A stretch of 62,576 nt of DNA, from assembly GCA_026414265.1 (NCBI GenBank), contig JAOAJI010000002.1, positions 1 to 62,576 on the forward strand, written 5' to 3'. The notes below the pieces were generated by a model. It was given only the letters and a program-made list of their open reading frames with translations, ran no database searches and was not told the origin of the DNA. This stretch comes from Candidatus Micrarchaeota archaeon. Its GTDB lineage: Archaea; Micrarchaeota; Micrarchaeia; Anstonellales; SKW190. Below, piece after piece: positions 29,689 to 37,803 of this stretch (within the stretch, counting starts at the first letter, position 1; every line of letters begins with the position of its first letter). Both the position numbers and the translations under genes were made by a program.

Positions 29689-29737
29689 CCAAACAAAAAC
29701 CAAACTTTTTTAATTTCGAATATACAGTACTTTTCAT

Positions 29738-30517
29738 ATGCAAGCTAATACTTTTAGATATAAACAAACATTAACTATAATCCCATTCATACTAATTCTA
29801 ATAACATTAGCAATAAACATAGTGTCACTCTTAGAAAGCTATGAATTAAGTTTTTACGAAAGCTTAAAACAAGAAACCAACTATACACATAACCTAACAA
29901 AAGACAGTGCTTATGTAACACAAAAAGAATCACAAATTAGTGTTGATAACGTATCTCAAGGAACTCTAAAAATTCAAACTACAGCAACAAACCAAACAAT
30001 AACTTCAAGTAATTATCCTTCTGAAACACAACAAATCCAAGCATACAGAGAAGAAGGGTCAACTATTGTTGAGCCTATAAATAAGCAAGAACATGTCCAA
30101 GATTTGGCTAAACAAGATTCAAGTGATAAAATAACAGAAATTGAAAAAAATATTTTTTACAGAAACGTTTTGACTTTGGTTTTACTTGTATTGACACTTT
30201 TTTCTTTTAAATTGGTCTCTCAAGAAAACTACTACGATTTAAATTCATCTCTGATAAGAGTTTTAAACTCAGAAACAAGAATCAGAACAATAGAGGCTTT
30301 GAAAAAAGCTCCGAGAACAATAACAGACCTTAGCAAAATAACAGGTAAATCAAAAGCTACAGTATTTGAGCATCTTTCTATGTTAATGAAAGAGGACATT
30401 GTTGAAAAAGAAGAGATCCCAGGGAAAAAATTGGTATTTTACAAACTTAAACAGAAGCATTTACCTATATGGAGCAATTTGAGTCTGTTTTCTTTGAATG
30501 ATAAGAAAAAAGATTAG
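29738..30517 (+). CDS. membrane-associated ArsR-like winged-helix protein
   Basis: An N-terminal TM segment, a Thr/Gln-rich linker, a second TM segment, then a wHTH (RIRTIEALKKAPRTITDLSKITGKSKATVFEHLSMLMKEDIV). Confidence 0.55.
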   Translation: MQANTFRYKQTLTIIPFILILITLAINIVSLLESYELSFYESLKQETNYTHNLTKDSAYVTQKESQISVDNVSQGTLKIQTTATNQTITSSNYPSETQQIQAYREEGSTIVEPINKQEHVQDLAKQDSSDKITEIEKNIFYRNVLTLVLLVLTLFSFKLVSQENYYDLNSSLIRVLNSETRIRTIEALKKAPRTITDLSKITGKSKATVFEHLSMLMKEDIVEKEEIPGKKLVFYKLKQKHLPIWSNLSLFSLNDKKKD

Positions 30518-30521
30518 AGGC

Positions 30522-30527
30522 TTTTTT
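30522..30527 (+). terminator. oligo-T tract downstream of the 29738-30517 gene
   Basis: A T6 run lies 5 nt after the TAG stop. Archaeal termination commonly uses oligo-T tracts. Confidence 0.25.
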
Positions 30528-30534
30528 AGTTCAG

Positions 30535-30636
30535 TCCCACCAGTGTGATTTGAACACACAACCTGCCGGTTTCTACTTAGGCATGAATGCCTAAAACAAG
30601 CTACAGCCGGCCGCTCTACCGTTGAGCTATGGTGGG
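30535..30636 (-). tRNA. tRNA-Tyr (anticodon GUA) with a 30-nt intron at canonical position 37/38
   Basis: Hand fold: CCCACCA/TGGTGGG acceptor (C1-G72, A73), GCTC..GAGC D arm, GCCGG...CCGGC anticodon stem, loop CT-GTA-G|intron|A, GTGTG-TTCAAAT-CACAC T arm. The intron contains a 7-bp hairpin, TTAGGCA-TTCA-TGCCTAA. Confidence 0.85.
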
Positions 30637-30744
30637 ATGTTTGGATATACTCAATAATGTATGTGGTAGACTAAACTAAACAATTAAGATAATTAGAGAA
30701 GTAAGCATTTAAAATCTTGTTTTGCTCTTAAAATAGCTTCATCG

Positions 30745-31194
30745 TTATTTCTCTTCGTGAAGGTAATCCTTCAGTAATTGTTTAGCCTTTCTTACTCTTT
30801 CTACAGCTATCGCATATGTTTGATAGTCTTTTTCAGTGCCTATTAGAATAACACTTAAAATATTAACCTTATTATCTGAAAGCATTCTAGCAACTTTTGA
30901 CATTTCTCCTGGTACGTTTTTAAGCCTGATTATTAGATTGTTTTGAGCTAAAACCTTGAAACCGTTTTTTTCAAGTAGTTCCTTTGCTTTTTTATCATTT
31001 TTTACACTTAGGAAAATGATAGCGTTGTTATCAACGGCAGTAGCATTTATAGCGTCTATATTTATCCTTGCACTTCCTAATATGTAAGTTATGTCTGCTA
31101 AGAGTCCTATTCTGTCTTTTGCCAAAATTATTAAATCTTTCATGATGCTAATCTGGTATGTTCGTTTTTTAATTATTGTGATAAAGCGTTGCAT
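30745..31194 (-). CDS. tandem ACT-domain protein
   Basis: Two repeats of the ACT pattern (IILAKDRIGLLADITYIL and LKNVPGEMSKVARMLS). The start may be the second ATG, at 31143. Confidence 0.6.
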   Translation of the reverse strand: MQRFITIIKKRTYQISIMKDLIILAKDRIGLLADITYILGSARINIDAINATAVDNNAIIFLSVKNDKKAKELLEKNGFKVLAQNNLIIRLKNVPGEMSKVARMLSDNKVNILSVILIGTEKDYQTYAIAVERVRKAKQLLKDYLHEEK

Positions 31195-31214
31195 ATTTGC
31201 TAATAACGTGGTTT

Positions 31215-32216
31215 TTATTTACTTAATCCTTGGAACACTATTCCTAACAGATAGCTTATGCCAAAAAAAATGGCATATGCCAAAATAAGCATGAAAGGAA
31301 AATATACTATCACTTTGGTTTCGTCATTTGCGAAAACTGTTCCTGCTGAAAGAAGTGCAAAAAGACAAGTTACAAAAATTGAAGCCAATGAAAAGTTTTG
31401 AAGCACTTCTTTGTTTATCTCTTGTTTGATGTTACTTATTAATGGTAAGTATGAGCTGATGCTATCTGAAACTTGTATTTCTCCACTTATTTTTATTATT
31501 ATTGATATTAAGAATGTTGAAACAGCGTAAAGAGCTGGAGCGCCTATTGCTGCAGCGGCAAAAATGAAAATTGCATAAGATAGTAATTGGCTATTGATAT
31601 CTTTTCTTAAAGAATCAAATCTTCTCATGTCATAAGCTGTAGCTTCAAGTAAATCAGCCAAATTTCCACCTGAATTTACACCTTCTACTACTAACCTGAT
31701 ACTTTTCGAGAATTTTTCTGATCTTATCCTTTTTGCCATGTTAAGTAATGCTTGTTCCAAAGGTTTGCCTGCTATTATTTCTTTAGCAGCTAAATCAATT
31801 TCTTTTGCTAATTGTCCAAATTCTTTTCTTGATGATAAAAGTAGTGCCCTGTCATATGTGACTCCACTCCTAACATGACTGGCCATCAAATTTAAAAAAT
31901 CAGGAATGTAATCGTCAAAAGAAGATGATTTTTTGCTTCCTACCAAAAGTAAAGTGTTTACCTTGAAAACAACATAGGCTATAAAAAATACTAATCCTAT
32001 CAATGGATATGCAAATAACTCTAATTCATAATTTGTGTATATTGAAACAACATAAGCAAAAATAGTTACAAATATGAATATCAAAAATCCGTTAACAATA
32101 ACTTGAGAATAATAAATATCAGTGTCTATATCTAATCCTGCTTTAACTAATAAATTTTTGATAACGTCTTTGATGTATTGTGGGGCACTAACCTTAATAT
32201 TTAGAAATTTTTTCAT
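31215..32216 (-). CDS. type II secretion system F-domain membrane protein (pilus platform subunit)
   Basis: FLNLMASHVRSGVTYDRALL...IIAGKPLEQAL, flanked by TM helices. Overlaps the upstream gene by 4 nt. Confidence 0.7.
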   Translation of the reverse strand: MKKFLNIKVSAPQYIKDVIKNLLVKAGLDIDTDIYYSQVIVNGFLIFIFVTIFAYVVSIYTNYELELFAYPLIGLVFFIAYVVFKVNTLLLVGSKKSSSFDDYIPDFLNLMASHVRSGVTYDRALLLSSRKEFGQLAKEIDLAAKEIIAGKPLEQALLNMAKRIRSEKFSKSIRLVVEGVNSGGNLADLLEATAYDMRRFDSLRKDINSQLLSYAIFIFAAAAIGAPALYAVSTFLISIIIKISGEIQVSDSISSYLPLISNIKQEINKEVLQNFSLASIFVTCLFALLSAGTVFANDETKVIVYFPFMLILAYAIFFGISYLLGIVFQGLSK

Positions 32217-33136
32217 ATTGCCACACCAGGCCTCTTGCTCTTAAATAATCCAAAGAAAAAAAACTGTGCTATGGTTGACAAAATAAATATAAGGATAAAG
32301 AAATTTTGCCCAAGAGGGATTGTTATAAGCGTTGAAATTACTGCAACTAAGACTGTTAACATCGTAGGTGCTACAATACATACCATCATGTAAAACATTG
32401 CCAAAGGATTAAGTTGAGCACCATAATTTTTTAGTTGTGTTTCTTGTTCTTTTGATATGTAATCAATTTGATGTCTCAATAATTTACCTATATTTGTGCC
32501 TGATTTGTTTGCGTTTGCTAATTGCCATGCTAATCTCCTGTAATAAGGAGAATCGCTTTTCCTCGCACTTTCTTCAAGCGCATCGCTTAAATCCATACCT
32601 CCTCTTACTTTTTTTACTATTTCTGCAAATTCAGTGCTGAATTCTCCATAGTTGAATGTTTCGTCTTCGTATTCATGACTTATAGATACTAAGACATCGT
32701 ATAAAGGAACACCAGCAGATGTGTGTATCATAATATGCCTGGTAGCAAAGAACAGATTTTTCTCCATTTCTCTTTTTAGTTTATTGCTTATCCAGCGTGG
32801 TATGAGTAACACATAAATCATGACTAAATTACCAAAAATTACTGAGATGGACAACATTGTTAATAAGTAATCTAACTCAAATAACTCTTCCCTTCTTAGG
32901 GATATCAAGAACATGAATACGAATGCGAAAAATGTATAGAAAATAAAAGTGAGCCACACACCAGCAATATAATCTCTTGGATGTATGTCTGCTTTTATTT
33001 TTTTAAGATTAGAAACAGCATTTGAAAAAAGAGGTAAGTACATGGTTACATTTGCCAAAGGATAAAAATATTTCAAAATGTTTTTCATTTTTTTATATTC
33101 TGTGAACAATAATGGCGCATATTTTATTTTATACAT
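32213..33136 (-). CDS. type II secretion system F-domain membrane protein (pilus platform subunit)
   Basis: FATRHIMIHTSAGVPLYDVL...VRGGMDLSDALE with flanking TM helices. Confidence 0.7.
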   Translation of the reverse strand: MYKIKYAPLLFTEYKKMKNILKYFYPLANVTMYLPLFSNAVSNLKKIKADIHPRDYIAGVWLTFIFYTFFAFVFMFLISLRREELFELDYLLTMLSISVIFGNLVMIYVLLIPRWISNKLKREMEKNLFFATRHIMIHTSAGVPLYDVLVSISHEYEDETFNYGEFSTEFAEIVKKVRGGMDLSDALEESARKSDSPYYRRLAWQLANANKSGTNIGKLLRHQIDYISKEQETQLKNYGAQLNPLAMFYMMVCIVAPTMLTVLVAVISTLITIPLGQNFFILIFILSTIAQFFFFGLFKSKRPGVAI

Positions 33137-33148
33137 TTATATCAGCTT

Positions 33149-34789
33149 TCAGTTTGATACTTTAGGGACTTTGTTAATTCTTATCATGTCCATTAACCTA
33201 TTCTTTTCATCATAATAAAGTGAGATTATATTGCCAACGTCCTCTATGTTGTTGATATTGTTTTTTGCCATCCATTCCAATACTGTTTTTTTCTCTTCTA
33301 GGTCGTTTTTTATTCCATCGTCATCTACATTGGCATACATTTTTATTATATCATAGAATCTAATTATTTGTTCAAAAGGCATCAGTTGATCTCTGTTAGG
33401 TCTCCACCTAAATATTACATTAGCATAAACGCCTCTATCCTCCGATGGTATGACTTCGCCAATTTCAAATGCTCTTCTTACATTTCTCCTTCTGTCTCTG
33501 TACATTGCTACAATCAAATGCAGAGATTGTAGTAACATTGGTGGAATGTTAATAGGAGGATTGTGCAGTCTTCTGATAGTCTCTTCAACTGTTTCAGCAT
33601 GTAGTGTAGCATAGACGCTATGGCCTGTGTGCATGGCTTCAAACAATACTTCTGCTTCTTCCGCTCTTCTTATTTCACCTACTATTATTCTATCAGGTCT
33701 CATCCTCAGTGAATTTACCATCAGATCTAGCATTGTTACTTTGCCTGTGCCTTCACTAGTTGCTTCTCTAACAACTAAAGGCACCCATTGCAGATATGAT
33801 GGCAAGTTTATCTCTCTTGTTTGTTCAATACTTATCACTCGCTGGTTTGGCGGTATAAACATGGTTAATACATTGAGTAATGAAGTTTTACCTGCTCCTG
33901 TTCCTCCTGAAACTATTATGTTTGTTTCGTATTGGATAGCTTCCCATAATAATGCTGCAGCTTCAGTGGTGATAGTTCCTGAGATGATATAATCTGTTAT
34001 TGTCCATGGTTTTCTTGCAAATTTTCTTATGGTAATAGTATTTCCAAAGTATGAAATAGGAAACAGAGTTGCATTTACTCTATCGCCAGATGAAAGATAT
34101 GCATCTAATATAGGTTGATTGTTATTTATTTGTCTGCCTACGCCTCTTGCAATAGCTGCAGCTAAGTTCCATATCACATTGTCTGAAGATAGGCTCATGT
34201 TAGTTTTTAGCCAGGCAAATTTTCTGTGATAAACCCAGATAGGCATGTTTGGGCCGTTTATGCAAATCTCTTCAATGTAATTGTCTCTTAACAAGTATTC
34301 GATGTCACCTAACCCTAACATTTGATTGGTGATAATCCTTGCGATTATATCTACTTTTACATCGTCAGCTTCAGGTAAATTCTGTCTTAAGAGTTCTTTG
34401 CTCATCTGCATGAATTTTTCTTTGAGCTGGTCTGCCAATTTTATGTTAAGAGCCTCTTGAGTAGAAATATTAACTCTTTTCAACAGTGTAGTTTTTACTT
34501 CTTCAAGAATAGCATTAGTTCCTTCGTCAAAAATAGGAGGATACAAATAATAAGTTAATACATGATCTCCAGGATTTTTTTTGATAACTACTTCAGCAAT
34601 CAGTTGACCGTATTCAATTTTATAGTTAGTTTTTTCAGATAATTCTTGATTTTTAGTTGTCTTGTTTTCGTCATTGTCAATATGTTTTTTTGTTATATTG
34701 TCTAAAATATGCTCCTTGTGCTCAAGTTCGTGTGGCTTGAATCTTATCTTTATTTTTTTTTCTTTTTTATTTACTTTATGGCTTTTCAT
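33149..34789 (-). CDS. type II/IV secretion system ATPase (ArlI/FlaI / PilB-like)
   Basis: Walker A VSGGTGAGKTSLLNVL, Walker B RIIVGEIRRAEEA and His box GHSVYATLHA. There is a Lys-rich N-terminal extension. Confidence 0.85.
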   Translation of the reverse strand: MKSHKVNKKEKKIKIRFKPHELEHKEHILDNITKKHIDNDENKTTKNQELSEKTNYKIEYGQLIAEVVIKKNPGDHVLTYYLYPPIFDEGTNAILEEVKTTLLKRVNISTQEALNIKLADQLKEKFMQMSKELLRQNLPEADDVKVDIIARIITNQMLGLGDIEYLLRDNYIEEICINGPNMPIWVYHRKFAWLKTNMSLSSDNVIWNLAAAIARGVGRQINNNQPILDAYLSSGDRVNATLFPISYFGNTITIRKFARKPWTITDYIISGTITTEAAALLWEAIQYETNIIVSGGTGAGKTSLLNVLTMFIPPNQRVISIEQTREINLPSYLQWVPLVVREATSEGTGKVTMLDLMVNSLRMRPDRIIVGEIRRAEEAEVLFEAMHTGHSVYATLHAETVEETIRRLHNPPINIPPMLLQSLHLIVAMYRDRRRNVRRAFEIGEVIPSEDRGVYANVIFRWRPNRDQLMPFEQIIRFYDIIKMYANVDDDGIKNDLEEKKTVLEWMAKNNINNIEDVGNIISLYYDEKNRLMDMIRINKVPKVSN

Positions 34790-34790
34790 T

Positions 34791-35507
34791 TCAATCCTCT
34801 TTTCTTTTCAGTATCATAGAGCCAAGCAAATTGTATTCTATTTCTATTAATTTATGTTTTTCTAACGCTAAGCCTATTTTTTCAACACTTTCTTCAGTAA
34901 TGTTTAACTTGAGTGCAAGGTCTTTAGCACTGCAATATCCCTCTGTTTTTACTATCTTTAAAATCTTATCTGCTGTGGTTATTGTCAATGTACTATTTGA
35001 GTTGGCATTTATAATCTGTTCAACTTTTTCAGCTAATTTATCAAATTGAGTTTTATCTTGCGTTTTGTTGTTTGTGTTAGAAGAGTTTTGTGCTTTGGTT
35101 ATTGCAAACTCAGTAAGTAGATAGATAAGCATGTCTTTGTCTCTGATTATTCCTACAATCGTTTTGTTTTGAACAACAGGAATGCAAATATCAGAACTAA
35201 CAATTTGTTTAACAACGTTAATTGTTAAATCTTCATTTTCATTTAAAACGAATCTTGGTCTAATTAAAAGTTCTTTGACAGGCATTATCCTCAATTCATT
35301 TAGGTCTTTTTTCTTTGAATAGAAATATGTGAATTTTTCTACAAGCATTTTTAATGTGATGATACCTAAAAATTCACTGTCTTCAAAAACTGGCGCTGAT
35401 GAGACATTCCATTTAGTTAGTAATCTTATTGCCTGTTCGATGGAAGTATCAGCACTTAATTTGAGAAAGTCTTTTCTCATTATCTCTTTAATTTTCATGA
35501 AAGTCAC
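34791..35507 (-). CDS. CBS-pair domain protein with C-terminal winged-helix domain
   Basis: Two CBS motifs (IMRKDFLKLSADTSIEQAIRLL...SAPVF and VSSDICIPVV..NKTIVGIIRDKDM). The C-terminus is wHTH-like: YCSAKDLALKLNITEESVEKIGLALEKHKLI. Confidence 0.7.
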   Translation of the reverse strand: MTFMKIKEIMRKDFLKLSADTSIEQAIRLLTKWNVSSAPVFEDSEFLGIITLKMLVEKFTYFYSKKKDLNELRIMPVKELLIRPRFVLNENEDLTINVVKQIVSSDICIPVVQNKTIVGIIRDKDMLIYLLTEFAITKAQNSSNTNNKTQDKTQFDKLAEKVEQIINANSNSTLTITTADKILKIVKTEGYCSAKDLALKLNITEESVEKIGLALEKHKLIEIEYNLLGSMILKRKED

Positions 35508-35525
35508 TATCTAACATCTACTTTT

Positions 35526-36404
35526 TTAGCCGTATTTAATTGTGCCAGATTTGTTACTATACACATTATAAACGCTAATTGTACCAGATTTGAATTCGAC
35601 CCACACACTGGTATTTAATACTACTTTGGTTTTTATATCCATTTCTAAGTGAGGATTGTAGTGATATGTTAACTCCCCATTATCATCAATAACTATGTTC
35701 ATGTAAGTAAAGTTTCTGTCGTCTTTGAGCTCGACCTCATTTCTTCTATCTCTTCTAATGTATCTTGTATCTGAGCTAGTGCCGTTAAGGCCTTGAGCAG
35801 CTATTCTAAAGTATATGGCATTGTTGTCAGTAGGTAAAGCATCGTACAACCTTTTCCACTTTATTATAGGAACTTGAGTGTTATCTGATCTTATTTCTAT
35901 ATCATATCCTTTTAGCATTGATGCATTTTGGCTATTTGGTAGAATGTATTGGAACTTAGGTGGAACTGTTTCTAAAGTCATACCAATAGGTTGTATGATT
36001 ATGTCAAATATACTAAAGCTTTGGCTGTTGATTGATGTACTTATAGGAGAAAATCTTTCAGCAAAATATTTGAAGTGATCTGCTTGGCTTTGAAAATAGT
36101 TCTGAAACTTAAATGTGTGGTGAACTTCAATGGTTGCGTTGTTATCTTCTATACTCACATTTAAGCCATACAGCGCAAGTATCTTTTTATAGCTTTCTTC
36201 TATCGCATCAAAAGCATAGTATGTTTGTTCAAATTCTAAGTGGTCGATTTTAATATCGTTTTGATGATCAAAGTATTTATTTATTACTGCATGTACAGTT
36301 ATTAAGGTAAGTAATAGTAACAAAATCGAAATTGCAAAAACAAATCCTTTATTGTGTTTCATATTACGACCTTTTTTACTTGAATAAATAAAATCTCGCA
36401 ACAC
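35526..36404 (-). CDS. pilin-like / pilus-associated secreted protein (putative class III signal peptide)
   Basis: Basic leader ...MKHNKG followed by FVFAISILLLLLTLITV. The rest looks beta-rich. Last gene of the pilin operon. Confidence 0.45.
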   Translation of the reverse strand: MLRDFIYSSKKGRNMKHNKGFVFAISILLLLLTLITVHAVINKYFDHQNDIKIDHLEFEQTYYAFDAIEESYKKILALYGLNVSIEDNNATIEVHHTFKFQNYFQSQADHFKYFAERFSPISTSINSQSFSIFDIIIQPIGMTLETVPPKFQYILPNSQNASMLKGYDIEIRSDNTQVPIIKWKRLYDALPTDNNAIYFRIAAQGLNGTSSDTRYIRRDRRNEVELKDDRNFTYMNIVIDDNGELTYHYNPHLEMDIKTKVVLNTSVWVEFKSGTISVYNVYSNKSGTIKYG

Positions 36405-36864
36405 AGTAGTTAGTTATTGTTTTGTTTTGTAAGTCAGTCCCTACAAATATTCTTCTTACGCTAACCGACATCTGAAAATCTTTCATTTGAATGTTGGAAG
36501 GTATGTTGCTTAAATTGAAGCTGCGTTCTTTTATCAATGATGAGTCATTTCTGTAGGCATCTATTTCTAAAAGCCAATAATATGTAGAGTTTTTGTACAT
36601 GTTTGATAATGTTTCGTTGATATAACTCTGGTTGAGTGTATTTATTATATACAATTTATCAAGTATTGCTAAAGTTTGATGCGCTTTTTTCGTCATTTCA
36701 AAGATATCGTTAGTTTTTTCGCTCTTTATACTTAAACTATTAATAGCATAAACTAAGGCTACAAGAGCAAAGACTGCAAATATCAAATCTATTGAAAAAT
36801 AATATGCATTATATTTATTTTTACCAGTATCATCTTTAATTTTCAACATAGCTAACAACCACAA
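36376..36864 (-). CDS. minor pilin-like protein
   Basis: The N-terminus ...KNKYNAYYFSIDLIFAVFALVALVYAI resembles the neighbouring pilin-like leaders. Overlaps both flanking genes by 29 nt. Confidence 0.45.
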   Translation of the reverse strand: MWLLAMLKIKDDTGKNKYNAYYFSIDLIFAVFALVALVYAINSLSIKSEKTNDIFEMTKKAHQTLAILDKLYIINTLNQSYINETLSNMYKNSTYYWLLEIDAYRNDSSLIKERSFNLSNIPSNIQMKDFQMSVSVRRIFVGTDLQNKTITNYCVARFYLFK

Positions 36865-37339
36865 TTTTTACTATCATATTATCTAATATTGCAAATCTGG
36901 AATTTGCTACAGAAAATTTAATCATGGACAAGTTTATTCTTTTCCCACATTCGTAAAGGAGTGAATTTTCATTATTAATTATTTGCAAGTAAAAGTCATA
37001 AGTTTTTCCAAGTATGTCTTTTAAATCTGAGTAATTTGCTTCACAAAATTTTTCAATCTTAGCTCTGTTTATTATGTTATGCTCTGAAACTAATCCTATT
37101 TCTGTGTAATTTTTTATATTTGATATATTGTTGTGCCAGTTATATGGTATCCCTTTTGATCTGAGTAACATATCTAGGGTTTTGATATTTTCTTCATGTA
37201 AGTTGTTTATTGTTAGTTCAGTATCAATCGTGTTTGTGCTATCGTTTCTAATAGTTAAAACTATTGAAATCAAAAGTACTAATATCAATATTGAAAATAT
37301 TAAATCAAAACTTATTAGTTGTGCTTTAATTTTAACCAC
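36836..37339 (-). CDS. minor pilin-like protein (class III signal peptide)
   Basis: MVKIKAQLISFDLIFSILILVLLISIV: a basic leader, then Q and a hydrophobic helix. Confidence 0.5.
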   Translation of the reverse strand: MVKIKAQLISFDLIFSILILVLLISIVLTIRNDSTNTIDTELTINNLHEENIKTLDMLLRSKGIPYNWHNNISNIKNYTEIGLVSEHNIINRAKIEKFCEANYSDLKDILGKTYDFYLQIINNENSLLYECGKRINLSMIKFSVANSRFAILDNMIVKIVVVSYVEN

Positions 37340-37790
37340 CTACAATTACGGAATTATCCACTTTTCTTATTCTAAAAACTTTTGAAAAAACACTGAAATT
37401 CTTTAGGTAGTTTAAAGAATAAACATTTCTTGTTGCGTAATGGCAACTTGCAAATACTCTAGAAGGATTTCTTTGGCTTCCTGCATCATTTGCCATAAAC
37501 AATTCAGATATCTGTAACAAATTGATTCCGGAATAAAAATTAAGCGAATAGTTAATTCCATTTATTTGGTCCGGCAGCTCTACAACTTTACTCACGTTAT
37601 CATAAGATGTCGCAACATAGTTAACTGCCTGCGCGACTTGATTACATATAGCTTTTGCTTTTAAGAAGTTGTCGAAGTTATTGCTTTCGTCTATGCTTTT
37701 TGCGTATATCATTATAATAATTGCAAAAAATACCAATAACAGTCCAGAATAAATGATAGTCTCTAATGCAGATTGTCCTATTAATTTCAT
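37332..37790 (-). CDS. pilin-like protein (class III signal peptide)
   Basis: MKLIGQSALETIIYSGLLLVFFAIIIM: a G|QSxxE processing-site pattern followed by a hydrophobic helix. Confidence 0.6.
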   Translation of the reverse strand: MKLIGQSALETIIYSGLLLVFFAIIIMIYAKSIDESNNFDNFLKAKAICNQVAQAVNYVATSYDNVSKVVELPDQINGINYSLNFYSGINLLQISELFMANDAGSQRNPSRVFASCHYATRNVYSLNYLKNFSVFSKVFRIRKVDNSVIVGG

Positions 37791-37803
37791 AGCATTTAGA
37801 TAT

